A stretch of DNA of 64,000 bases, taken from positions 1 to 64,000 of the forward strand of contig JAADVB010000035.1 of the NCBI GenBank assembly GCA_023334545.1. Direction: 5' to 3'. The notes beneath the pieces are model-generated. The model searched no databases. It was not told the origin of the DNA and saw nothing but the letters and a program-made list of their open reading frames with translations. The number at the start of each line of letters is the position of its first letter. Position 1 is the stretch's first letter. The DNA is from Salisapilia sapeloensis CBS 127946 (taxonomy: Eukaryota; Protista; Oomycota). The translations under genes and the position numbers were made by a program. Positions 1-12,400 of this stretch are shown in pieces.

Positions 1-839
1 GCATAAGTCTTTGCGCAATTGTTCAGGCATCCCAGTGAGCCGTCCGCACAATTAACCTCATCAATAGGATAGAATTCGGTGTTGTTAAATTTGCTCATAG
101 CGAGTGCATCTATCACTTCATCCTTCGTTTTGTAATCACGCCAAAAGTCCACAGAGTACGGGCCCGATTTAAATGTGCTTTCATTCAAAGCAAGTTCCAC
201 AAACTCGGTGGTAGTGTAAAGGCCCGAACGACCGTAATAGCCAATGCCACCTAATCGAAGAGCTTCGTGTTTATGGATAGCGTATAAGGAGCGTATACTA
301 GCGTCCCACAACTCCACATTTATATGCGTCGGTGCACATGTTCCAGCCCCACTTGATGCCATTCGTTCTGCCATAGAGTACGTCTCCAATGTCCTCAGGA
401 TAGATACTTTATATCCAAGAATTTCTTGAGCAATAATCGCATATATCATTGAGACAATGCGGTGCGAATCCCACTCTTGAACGTCAACTACTAGCGACCC
501 TATAAAGCTCTCTTGGCTAGTTATGTTACCTTCAGCATCTAGCTCTGCTTTAGGACCATAAAAACCGGATGTAGCATCTACGCACTGACTGGTCCAAAGT
601 CCATCCAAAGACTGGCGGTCATCTTTAATCACGCGGCGTTGCTCAGTTGAAGCAGCGCGGAGGAACGGATGCTCAAGCCTGCCATAGCTGTCCCGTTCCT
701 TTGAGTCGACTCCAAGTAAATCCTCCATATCAGCGACCCACTCGGGCGTCAGACAAGTTCCGAGAAGATGATTTGGTGCATAGAGAGCGCTTGCACAGGA
801 TAAAACCCAGATACAAGCAAGGAAGATAAGCCGCTTCAT
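1..839 (-). CDS. Secreted/membrane receptor-like protein, N-terminal part with a periplasmic-binding-protein-like ectodomain (oomycete family); runs off the window edge
   Basis: Not in the ORF track. Manual translation from ATG at 839 is open to base 1: MKRLIFLACIWVLSCASA (signal-peptide-like)...QEWDSHRIVSMIYAIIAQEILGYKVS...GAGTCAPTHINVELW...GIGYYGRSGLY...PYSVDFWRDY...VNCADGSLGCLNNC. These motifs resemble ectodomains of oomycete receptor/kinase families (recalled, not searched). Confidence 0.85.
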   Translation of the reverse strand, partial: MKRLIFLACIWVLSCASALYAPNHLLGTCLTPEWVADMEDLLGVDSKERDSYGRLEHPFLRAASTEQRRVIKDDRQSLDGLWTSQCVDATSGFYGPKAELDAEGNITSQESFIGSLVVDVQEWDSHRIVSMIYAIIAQEILGYKVSILRTLETYSMAERMASSGAGTCAPTHINVELWDASIRSLYAIHKHEALRLGGIGYYGRSGLYTTTEFVELALNESTFKSGPYSVDFWRDYKTKDEVIDALAMSKFNNTEFYPIDEVNCADGSLGCLNNCAKTY

Positions 840-1293
840 TCGACCTGTCAAACTGCTGCGTAGTATACCAGTCCGATGGAATTTAGCTCCAAAGCCTCTA
901 ATTTAACTTTGAAACTACCAGAGCCTCATATAAATCTACTGTAAGGTTATCCCAAGGAAACTGCTAAAGAGTTTAATTTTAATTTCCTACGCAAAACTGG
1001 TCGTTGACATTTGCTCTGCAAGCACTCTAGCATATCTGGGGCGTTCAGCGCATACCAGAAGTCGTTCAAATATAGATATATTTTATTGATTCATCGTCGT
1101 GAACATTATTGCCTTTTTCATCAAGTAATAAAGAGTGTTTACAGCATCGCTAAACTACGACTAATGCCATGTTCATTGGGCAGATAAACTGGTCTTGTAA
1201 AAACAAACATGGATACATTATCATAGGAATCAATGCCTAAGTCTTTGCCCGTTCGTCCTACTCTTACACCATCTTTTACCTTCCTGTTTCTAT

Positions 1294-1328
1294 CATCGTC
1301 CATCGTCCATCGTCCATCGTCCATCGTC
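1294..1328 (+). repeat. Heptamer tandem repeat (CATCGTC)x5
   Basis: Five perfect copies read directly. The matching position in copy B has no array, so this looks like a local slippage expansion. Confidence 0.95.
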
Positions 1329-1448
1329 CGATCTTCTGTCGTGCACTAGTGGGAATATCGTCGAGCGTGTTGTGGTTTCTCGTCGAAGTCGTTCAGGTTG
1401 AAGTTGAATCGTTTTATTTGCAATATTAAGCTCTTCGCTATTTCAGTG

Positions 1449-1831
1449 TTTTGACTCAAAAGCACTTCCAAGCGTTAGTGCACGTATGAAAAGCCAAATG
1501 TACCATAGTAGCGGCGCAAAGTTGGCTACATAGGAATGACCGAATATACCAAACGCAGGACTGGTGTGGAAGACGCGCAACAGAAATGATTTGGAAACGA
1601 GTCACGGCACAATTGAAAGCGACAGGACGTAGCACGCGATGGAACGGACAAGACATGCTAGCAGCAGCAAGCTATCGTGACGTAACTTGAGCAATACGAC
1701 AAGAGCCGTTTGCAGGTTTCAGGGAGGAAAGAACGTGGCGAATGGATGATCTAGCACCTACTGTCGACCAGCTAGAAGAGTCCAATTTGGATTCCAAAGA
1801 TAAATTTTAATAAATGAATCTTTGAATAAAA
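1449..1831 (+). mobile_element. 383-bp insertion with a 12-bp target-site duplication and A/T-rich 3' end (possible 5'-truncated retroposed sequence)
   Basis: Flanked by GCTATTTCAGTG (1437-1448) and GCCATTTCAGTG (1832-1843). Copy B has this 12-mer once with no insert. The insert ends ...TTTTAATAAATGAATCTTTGAATAAAA. Confidence 0.6.
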
Positions 1832-3867
1832 GCCATTTCAGTGGGACGAAGTACAGTGAGAGTCACAAATGCCCCTCAATTATTTCATCCATAGCTGTAC
1901 TATGCCAGTTCTGAAATAATAGCGAAGAGCTCAATAGCACAAGTAAATCGAAGAGCTCATCGAGTCTTTCGCGCCTTTTGAATGTGCACATTTCGAGCAC
2001 TAGGCGTGACTTGAAGTCTTCTCGAAGATGATTCCTCCTCATTGCATCAAAGACGTAGACAGAGTTGTAGTAAAGCAAATAAGGTTGCGTTCGTTGAGAG
2101 GGCAGTCTGATATTATGCGTGGTGAAATATGCAGCATGAGAACGAGTACGTGCGAACTGAATTCGGTATTTTAGCCTCGACCATCTCTGTTTTTCTAATC
2201 GATGAAAACAGTAGATGATGAAGAAGGGTGTTCCGATACAGGCCTACTTCGTTATGTAAGCATCATCTATATGTTGCAATTTGCACACAACTCATGCTAC
2301 AGCGATCATGGCAATGAAAACCTCAATTACAACAGAGGTTGGAGCACTAGAGACAAGTTAGACAAAGAGTACGGAGAGGCGTGTCCATTGGCACAACCGA
2401 TCGTTTGCCTTTGTACTCGTTTGATGAGAAAGTTATGTTGAAGTGTTTCGTTTGGTTTCCACTGTTTAGTGGCAAAACACAATCGGCTATTCCCAGCGAG
2501 CTCGTAGTTCCCCGACTCGACTATCATGAATAGTATAACAAAAAGCGAATCCTCAATTTCTCTGAATATTAATTCAGCGCTAACACGGCATCAGATTTTT
2601 CACACCTTTGCCGATTCTATCGTTTCGTACTTTGACAAGAAACCCTCCAAATACTTGGCCCTTGACCGTTTACCTATCAGCGTGGTCTATCAAGCAGAGT
2701 ATCGTTACAGTTTCCTTGTCAAGTCTGATTCATTACTTCAACATAAACACTTTATGATAATTTAAAGCCTGAATCGGCTTCGCGGGTCGATGGGCGCTGG
2801 ATGAAATACTTGCATGAACTATGAAAACTTGAAATTTGCAAACCAAATTGACCAGTAGAATTTGCCACAATGGAGCACAATCATACATCCATGCCTTGTC
2901 CATGAGCACTGCGGAGTTTATTGAGGTTTAAAGTAGCAGAAGATGTTGATGTTCGCATAGAGGTTGAACGTGTCCTCAAATATATTCCTTCGAAAGCCCC
3001 TTTTTCGTCCTTGTAATGCAAGCAAAGAATCGTCATCATCAACTTTCTTGTCTCAGTGCGCGTTATTCAGCGTGGTGATTACAATGGGATATAGACACGG
3101 AATGAAATTTAATAGGGAAGATTAATGAGCAGTACAAGCGAGCATAGTTTATGATCCCTTTTACAAGGTAACTTGGAGCTAAACATTACTGTCGTGAACG
3201 CTATCAACGCGTGAATGTAGTCTGACCAGGAGTTACGATGCTAGAAGCTCCTGATAGAGCACAAGATCTACTATACGATCTTTTCAAATGAAATAATTTA
3301 GTTGTAGTCGACGGAATATCGATTCACGTTCGTTCTTTTGCTCACGAAAGTAGCACAGCATAATGGGACTTTATTGCACATACAGGGATACTTCATGATT
3401 TTTTAATCATTTGGAGCAGTTTTTGTATTTGATATTGAGAATGCTACAAGACTGTCATTTCTATTTTATAGCATGTGATATATGAAGCTGCGATTTAGAG
3501 CATCCCACGGTAGAAGACCCTTTCGCCTGTCCACGTAGGCGATGCACGCTGACTCCATGCGAAAGTTGATGTAATATGTTCACAACGTTAGCTGGAACAT
3601 TCCTAGTAATCGCCTCACTTTAAATCTCGTAGAATCTATTCATATGTACGAAATGAAAGCAGGAGCATGCAACATAGCGAGTTGCGACACCGATGACTCA
3701 GACAAAGATCGCTGTTGTAAGACGTGGCATTTTATGTAAACAAACGAAATTGGAGGCCGACTCGATTCTTACAAGCGGGCTGTGTGGTCGTTCGAGCTCC
3801 GAGAGGTACACGTGGGCGAGTGTATTGTTTGTGATTTGACCAACCGAGACCACTCTTCGATCGAACA

Positions 3868-4600
3868 ATGCCTGTTGAAGTGCAGCGAAAGCTCACGGTG
3901 CTAGGCTACCCAGGTGTGGGCAAGTCTTCACTCACGACTTGTTTTGTCGAGAATCGGTTTGTCGAGAATTATGATCCGACGATTGAAAACACGTTCCATA
4001 AGACAATCTACTTTCCCAATGCCCATTTCGTCACCGACATCGTCGACACGGCCGGCATGGTACATCCCTTTCATTCAATACGATGACCTTGGATCTTGAA
4101 TCGACATGTGATGTGCTTTGTGTAGGACGAGTATTCCAGCTTTTCCCAAGCTGCATCCGTAGGTGTACATGGCTACATCCTCGTGTTCTCCATCGGATCC
4201 CGTACGTCGTTTGAGAAGTTGAAATTGATTAATGAAAAGTTGGTCAATATGCTCGGTTCAAAACCTCCTCGAGTACTTGTTGGTAGCATGTCAGACCTCG
4301 AGAACAGCAGGTGGTTCCTTTTGATCCTTGGTATCACGACATAGCTTTCTGACGAAATACGTAGGCAAGTGTCGAGGGAGGAAGGACAGTTGCTTGCAAG
4401 ACAATGGGAATGTCCGTTTGTCGAATGCTCCGCCAAGGACAATGAAAACATAAGTACGTCCAGTGACGTTTGAAGCGATGTAGCTACTCATCTTATTTTT
4501 TCTGACACTAGACGAAGTCTTCACGTACTTGATCAAGGAGATTGAGCGCGATTCAGGACTGCTCGAAGTCGACGGCGAGTCTTCGTGTACTATCATGTAG
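3868..4600 (+). CDS. RHEB: Rheb-like small GTPase, 4 exons (3868-4059, 4126-4310, 4365-4453, 4512-4600), 184 aa
   Basis: Rheb effector loop YDPTIENTF, P-loop GYPGVGKS, DTAGMDEYS, ECSAK and C-terminal CaaX CTIM. Three GT-AG introns (66, 54, 58 nt) restore one frame. Confidence 0.9.
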
Positions 4601-5154
4601 ATGCGTTCTCCAGCATGCAGTGGGTGTCGGACCACTGAAAAGACAGAACTGTTCGGAGCTGCAATTCGATTCTTTCTTTTCTTTTTCTTTCTCTTCAGCA
4701 TCGCCGCTCAGATCGTTTCGCTGCGTCGGTGCCAATTTCTCTTCCAAAAGCAATACACGCTCCATTTCCCTCTTTTTCTCATTTTCCAAGATCTGATACT
4801 CTTTTCGCCTACCCCACGTAGATGAACAATTCGCATGCGATCTTTTGCGTCGAAATTACGCAGCTAGAGACACTCTATCGACGCGATTGGAGTCATGACA
4901 ACTCGACACGGATCAGTGCATAGACTTCGCTTTGGTGCTTGGAATGAGCCATCTGCTCTGCTTCGCATCTCGATCCAAAGCTTCTCCCGTCGACAGGAAA
5001 AGGCGTTATGGCGCTAAAGTCAAAAGATACGTTTCGATAAGATTCATGTTCCTTCAAATGCATCTAGAACGTCGCTGAGAAGCCTCTTCGGAGGAGAACC
5101 CCAAGTCCATCATCCAATGCGCCAAGTTTTTGTGCGTCCGTTTCTAAAAAATGA

Positions 5155-6279
<1,125 letters not shown>

Positions 6280-6368
6280 AGCCAGGCTTCTCGTCTTTAG
6301 GATAAATCCTCTTATTAGCGAATACAAAACACTTAATACCTCCCTTGTAAAATTGTTTATTTGCACAC

Positions 6369-7619
6369 TTATGGCATCGACGTCCGACGTTGATTATCTT
6401 GTTGTACATCTAGGTAGATGTCATAGCACGGATTGCAAATCCGTTGCTTCTTCCGTTGCTCCGACTTGGACAGATTCGCTTTCATCGGGAATGGCAGTTG
6501 CGACCGCTCGAGCGTTGCCGTCGAGCAATTGGCACAGCAGAGGCGACCGCAGTAGCGGCAGTGGTGACGACGTAGACTCATACTAAAGCGCTTGTTGCAT
6601 TCCATGCACTTGTGACGGACGTCGTCAGGTATCCACACGGGTGGGTGGGATACTTTTGCAAGTAAAGTTCGAAGCAATGCTGCGTCGACTTTATCAAAGA
6701 CCATGCGTCCACTCTCGTCTTTCAAGTCGAGACGAGCGCCATGACGGACGAGGCGGGTGGCAATCTGGATGAAATTTTTATCAAGCGCGACGTGAAGCGC
6801 CGTCGATTTGTCCACGGGAGCATTCGGGTCTGCGTTATGTTGCAGCAGGATCTCGGTCATCGTCGGGTCGTCTCTCGTGCACGTAAGCAAGTGGACACCA
6901 AGCGGCGTTTGATTGCGCATGTTCAAAACGTTCGTGTCGGCACCAGCTTCAGCGATCTCCTTCGTCATGCGACGAGATTTCGCAGCAGCGAGATGTAACG
7001 CCGTGTTCCGACGTTTGTCGGCAATATTTACAATCGATCCGGCGAGTTGAGGCATCAAAAGCGCTTGGACGATTTCCAAGTGACCACCTCGAACAGCAAA
7101 GTGCAGTGCGGTTTGTCCGAAAGTAGGATCACGACGTAAGAGATCGGTGCCTGGTTGAATCACGAGTGCATTCAACATGACCAGATCCCCCGTTTTAGCT
7201 GCTTGTAGTAGCGGCGTGAGGCCGTCCGAGGTCGACATGCGGCCGGTACTGCTTTGCCGAGGCAGTCGAGAGGCACTTCGGAATTGATATCCGTCATCCA
7301 TTTTCATGACAGCACTCCCAATTTCGGTTGGACGACCTTTTGGCATGAGGCTGTCGCGACCACTTTGTCGCAAGCGCATCATCTGATCAGCGTTGTAGCT
7401 ACTAGTGACTTTCAAGGGCTTTTCAAAGGCGTATTGGTCTTCCACACCGCTGGAACTGAGGACGCTATGATCGTCTTGGAGAGAGTACTTGCTTACGGAG
7501 GCGTAGTCGCTGCCGCTGTCGCTCTGGCTGAGCGTATTTGAGGCACTGGAGCGACAGGAACGCGGCGGAACGATGCGCTCGCCAGGCATGGCATCGATAT
7601 CATAGGATGGTGATGGCAT
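6369..7619 (-). CDS. Ankyrin-repeat and FYVE zinc-finger protein, 416 aa
   Basis: Ankyrin motifs (GLTPLLQAAKTG, GQTALHFAVRGGH, NTALHLAA, STALHVALDKN). FYVE signature WIPDD...CMECNKRF...RRHHCRYCGRLCCANCS...RICNPC. Inr-like TCATTCA about 25 nt upstream. Confidence 0.92.
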   Translation of the reverse strand: MPSPSYDIDAMPGERIVPPRSCRSSASNTLSQSDSGSDYASVSKYSLQDDHSVLSSSGVEDQYAFEKPLKVTSSYNADQMMRLRQSGRDSLMPKGRPTEIGSAVMKMDDGYQFRSASRLPRQSSTGRMSTSDGLTPLLQAAKTGDLVMLNALVIQPGTDLLRRDPTFGQTALHFAVRGGHLEIVQALLMPQLAGSIVNIADKRRNTALHLAAAKSRRMTKEIAEAGADTNVLNMRNQTPLGVHLLTCTRDDPTMTEILLQHNADPNAPVDKSTALHVALDKNFIQIATRLVRHGARLDLKDESGRMVFDKVDAALLRTLLAKVSHPPVWIPDDVRHKCMECNKRFSMSLRRHHCRYCGRLCCANCSTATLERSQLPFPMKANLSKSEQRKKQRICNPCYDIYLDVQQDNQRRTSMP

Positions 7620-7739
7620 CGTTTTATAAGAATAAGTCGTTGAATGAACGAGAGGGACCCTTGGAGAGGGTGGTGTGCGACGCTAATGGGGTCGACTTGG
7701 GGAGAAGAGGGCAAGAAGGTGACTGAGCCAGATTGTGCC

Positions 7740-8376
7740 AGTCTGGCCTTTGGCAGAGACGTCTCGGCGTCAGTGCATACGATCGTCCAGGAGTCGATGA
7801 AGCTATAATTTGGACCACTATACAGTTTGAGAAGAAAGTTGAGAGTACTGAAATATAGGTTGTATTGCAGTTGGTGCCATAGTAACAAACACCGCATATC
7901 AGAAGCCAGCGTTTCTCTTTTCGCTGCACGTAAGCGCTGCCGGATAGGATTTGGAAAAGATAGGCTTGGATAAAGGCGAGTAAAGAGGATAGTTGGAGAT
8001 TGGGAAGGAGATAGAGGGGAAAAGATAGAAGGATACATAAAGTGGATACTCTGGTAGAGTACCTTCATGGCTATAACATAAATCGTCCAATCGCAACGTG
8101 GAACATATATCATGAGAAACTGTGCGTCTGCTTGCACTTGGCATAGCCTCCATCAACCACTCGAAACGGATAGGCATCCCACAAAGGGTCGCGTACGTCC
8201 GTTGTATTGGCCCTTCTGCTTGTAAAGTGGTCAACCAAGCAACGGATTCGTACATCTTTTCGCGTTTTGTGCTTTTATGGAAATCTATAGGGCACGAAGA
8301 GGTTGCATGTCTATACCATCTTGATGAGCTTACTTCGTGGCAAGTCTTTGACCGCATTTCTGCTCCTTTAGCATGA
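7740..8376 (+). CDS. Possible multi-exon hypothetical protein (exon structure uncertain)
   Basis: Protein-like segments (RRLGVSAYDRPGVDEAIIWTT; GCIAVGAIVTNTAYQKPAFLFSLH; YLHGYNINRPIATWNIYHEKL; HEEVACLYHLDELTSWQVFDRISAPLA*) are separated by donor-like GTAAGC, GTACGT and GTACAT. No confident start codon, and some introns would be unusually short. Confidence 0.3.
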
Positions 8377-8479
8377 ACATAAACCGATTATTGTCGTTGA
8401 CTAAAAGAAAGAGAGGTCGGCTGCTGGAGACGAATCAATGCATTGGATACTATCCACGTGTACAATCTGCACGATCTAT

Positions 8480-9315
8480 CTAAAATTCAGATTCGTCCAT
8501 GTATTTCCACTCTTCTTCCGTGAACGTTGCGTCGTATTCGGGTTCTTCTTGATTTTCATAAAGCTCGGTGACTGTCGTCTCATGTTCAGATTCGATGTAC
8601 TCGTCTAAAGCTTCTGCTTCAGCTTCCTCTCGACCAATCTTTTCCGTATCGCCTTCTAAGTACACATCGCACGGGAACCCACCCTCAAAGTCTTCATTCG
8701 GATTATTCCCACGCCGTCCTTGAGGTCCGCGATAGTTCGGCTCGCATACTTCGCAGTCACTAACGGTCTGAAGACCTTCGACGAGGGAAAATTTACCACG
8801 TGGACACGGACCAGAGCAAGCACTGCATCCATCGTTCGTTCATACCAATCGTTGAAGAATAGAACTGCTGTATATGAGTACCTGGTAGTGAGACCTTCCG
8901 AGGAACCGAAGACCCCTGCCGGGCACAATTTGCACTCAGATACACTCTTTGCTCCAGGAATGTCGTTATACGTTCCTACACACATCCAAGTTAAGATATA
9001 ATGGGCAAACTATCTGTAAACCTAGAAACCTTTGGGACATTTGGCAGTACAAGCACTCGACATCAAGCCTTCAGAATCACCGTAAACCCCTCGAGGGCAC
9101 AGCTTGCATTCATGAAGCGTGATACCACCGCCTGGTTCCCGGTACATTCCAACAGGGCAGTCAACTGGCTCGGGTTGGGTCCCCATTTCCGCCGCTACGA
9201 ATCAGCATGTTTTTAAAGTACTGATCCCGCTACCTCTTATAATCCACGCACCGGTTTGCTGCTTTAGGATGGCTACAGTCCAAAGCAACGTCGAGACACG
9301 CCATTTTCGAAGCAT
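8480..9315 (-). CDS. Small secreted cysteine-rich protein (CxxCPxG / ephrin-receptor-like repeats) with acidic tail, 4 exons (9315-9252, 9194-9030, 8975-8882, 8822-8480), 221 aa
   Basis: Manual splicing over GT-AG introns of 57, 54 and 59 nt gives one frame: MLRKWRVSTLLWTVAILKQQTAA-EMGTQPEPVDCPVGMY...ECKLCPRGVYGDSEGL..CTAKCPKGTYNDIPGA..ECKLCPAGVFGSSEGL..CSGPCPRGKFS..DCEVC...acidic tail. Confidence 0.8.
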
Positions 9316-9449
9316 GCTTTGCAAAGAATCTTTTGCGTCTACTCAAATCCTTCTGCCAAGAGTCGAGCTCGAATAGCTACAAATGAACTAGTGAAAACAT
9401 AGCTACAATCGATTCAAAGGATTTATATGTACGTAGATGGTGCTAGCTT

Positions 9450-12400
9450 TTAAGTCTTGGCATTTTCAACCTTATATGCGACGCGTTGGATGTTCTTCCT
9501 TGCAATGTCATCCCCTTCGACTTCGACTGCTAGTCTCGCAAGTTTCTCCATAAAGTCTGGAGCTTTTGATGCGAGTGACTGGATACACTTGGGATAGACA
9601 CAAAAGTTTCCTAGCGAAAAGAGAGCTATTCTTCTCGCTGGTAAGCTTTCGTCTGTAAGTGCTTCATGATATAGCTTCCAAGGCGCGTTATATGTACACA
9701 AGGTATCACAGAGTCGATCTGAGTTCCGTAGGAGGTTACCAAGAGCTCCGTTTGCATTGCAACGTGTTTTCTCGTCGTCATCCTTGAGGTTATTGAGTAA
9801 GAGCGGGATGGATGGTTCAAGAGCGTCGTAGAGTGAACTATCATGGAACGACGCGTTGCCAATGACAAAGCACGCAAAGCGTCTTACACAAGAGTATTCA
9901 TCCTCCAACGCCTTCATCGTCACATCAAGTATCGATCCACTTTGCTTGCTATGGAGAGGTGATAGAAAAGATTGATAGAAGCGGGTCGAGTGCCGACATA
10001 AGTTACCGATACAGTTTAATGTCTTTGCTCGAACCATTGCATCCGAATGCTGCGTCAAGTCGTACAATTCGGAGAGTATGTCTACTTTGTAGATAGCATC
10101 GTAGCTGTCAGGACAAGCACGCGCGAGTTGGATGAGGATGAGAAGCGTATCAATGAGTAAAGACGAAAGGTTAGTCTGTTTCAACAACTTGCAGTCCTTG
10201 ATGACGTTTACTCCATCAGCATCAATGAATTGGACGCCAAAGTGTGGTGAGCTCATGACGACTCTGGATAGGAACGACAGCGGAAGTTCTAGAACTGATA
10301 GCTCGAGACGAAGGTTGTCTCTTGCCACGATGAATCGTAGCAACGCAACTAGTTTGTGTATGCACTCTGTGTCGTATAGCACTTCTTGAGTATCAATCAG
10401 CGTTTCCTCGGACGTCGTGTAGGTAAAAGGCATTCCTAACACTTTGACAATGGCATGAAGCAGTGCTTTGACAGCACTGGCACTACCTCCAAGAAACTCT
10501 GGCCAGCGGAAGAGGTAGTCGAAATGCGTTGCATCGAGTACCTGGACCAAGTATGGCAGCATGTATCTGTTGATGAATGAGTCGACGGTTGCGTCATACA
10601 CATGCATCTCTCGGATCATACGAAGTAGTTTTAAAAGACAGAATAGCCCCCATGGTGACATCTCACCTCTACCTCCATTCTCCATCATTTTACACAGAAT
10701 CGACCAAACATTCTCTTGATTAAAGTAGCGAAGGAAGCTCTGGAGAGCAACAGGAGGGTCTACTTTCGACGCATTCGTCGAACTTTCCAGCGCTTTTGAA
10801 GATACTCGAAGCAACAGTACAATATCGGAATCAATAAGTCCTTGAGCACGGATATTGTAGCAGTAATTGACATACAGTGTGCTATCGCTGTCAATAACAT
10901 GCAGGATCGTATTACACATACCTTCCGATAAGACACCGTAGCCGAGGAAGTTCTCAAGATCCTTTAAACGTCCGTTTGAAAGGGAAGAGTTACTTTGTTT
11001 TTCAAATTCAGTACTTTGGACCATCCCACTGTCAAGGATGTCAGCGTAGAGATCGCTAATCGCTCCCACGATCGCAGTGTCATGGTCTGTCGTGAAGTAA
11101 GGAAAGAGGGTACAGCTACACTCCCAACACTGTTCACCTGTCATTGCTTTGCGCTTTAATAACGCTCCAAGTACTTCCACAGCGTAGTATAATTCCAAGT
11201 CTTTTAGCTTTTTTAATGCAGCAGCAGCATTGATCATTGACACGACGTTGCTACTTGAGGACGTGACCTCCTTACTTGCTGAAAGCTTGCTAGAGAAACT
11301 AAGTGATGAGCGTGTAGCATGGAGGAAGATACACAGAATGCTGCAGACGATAGACTGCTCTTGATTATCGTCACTGCCTTCATTCGTAGACTCACTTCCA
11401 CTGCTTTCAGATGCTGCCTTCGTAGCGAAGCTCTCTTGTCTAGTTTGTAGCTCACTTTGGAGGATGGATAGGAGTGCTGACAAGCCTGATCGGGACAGCA
11501 AAGAGGTGACTTGTGCATGCATCTTGGTGCGGAGTTTGTGACGCTGCTTAAGGTCATGAACTTCGGTCGATTGAAGCACACTCGTGTTATTCGAAGCAAG
11601 GATCATAATAGGGAATGGCTGGAGTGCCCACACGTTGGCAGGTGGATGCATAAGCCCTGAAAGCGCAAAGACAGCGTACTCACAAAGGTGAGACTTGTAG
11701 TCGATATGTTTATCTACTGTCCTTGATGTTTTCAATGATGATTCTGAAAGAAGTAGCATGCATAGAGCTTGAATGATATCTGTTGTGAGCACTTCTGTGA
11801 AGACTATGGATAAATCCGGTGCTTGATCTTGCATAAGACCAAACCACTTCATAGTCTTGATCTGAGCTGTCTGCAAGAAAGTTTCGGTGCTTTGGAGTAT
11901 CTTGGTGATAGTCTTCAACTCCTGGTTGTAGCATTTTGAGAGACTGTAGCGTTGGAGGATATCTGCCGTTTGATCCTCTGTCTGTACGATCGTCGTGAAG
12001 ACCATACAACATCGCACTAGCTGCACAGCGAAAGACGTGAATGCTTCTGTGTTAGCGTTCGTATCTCCAAGTTTCAAGTCAGATAAGACGTTTAAAAGTG
12101 TGTGAACCGAAGTTCGAAGGTCAGCTAAAGGAGGGAAGGATCTGTCTTCATCGTCCCTCAAGAGTACAATCATCGCATGATAGATGGCTCGTGTCGTTGT
12201 GATCATAGCCTTTACGACGGATGCAGACACTCGTTTTAGCCTCAAAGTAGCTGTCTCGGCCATAAACTGCACAAGAACAGGATCTTTGATCATATCTAGC
12301 GATTGGTTCTTGCTCGATACTTGGCTCAGAGGCTCTAGGTGGCTCCATAGTCTCCAGAACTCTGTCAGGTCACTCGATGTAGTGGGCTTATGTTCTGCAT

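Larger units (their letters stand above)
1150..2070 (-). pseudogene. Degraded coding-derived dispersed repeat, copy A (inverted relative to copy B at 41250-41770)
   Basis: Reverse complement aligns in blocks with 41250-41770; 1981-2029 vs 41295-41343 differ at 1 of 49 nt. Residual frame LREDFKSRLVLEMCTF...SSLLFQNWHSTAMDEIIEGHL*...VRVGRTGKDLGIDSYDNVSMFVFTRPVYLPNEHG contains stops and indels. Confidence 0.75.

Noticed and set aside
1294-1328. Possible CRISPR-like array
   Set aside because: A simple 7-bp tandem repeat with no spacers, in eukaryotic DNA.
2100-3800. Short ORFs in the long intergenic stretch
   Set aside because: No recognisable motifs, splice-consistent frames or terminal repeats; may be decayed sequence but I cannot support a call.
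4553-4900. Possible small spliced minus-strand gene (RKEYQILENEKKREMERVLLLEEKL...) overlapping the Rheb 3' end
   Set aside because: Could not find a consistent start exon; the frame arises partly from a pyrimidine-rich tract and would overlap the Rheb CDS. Unresolved without RNA-seq.
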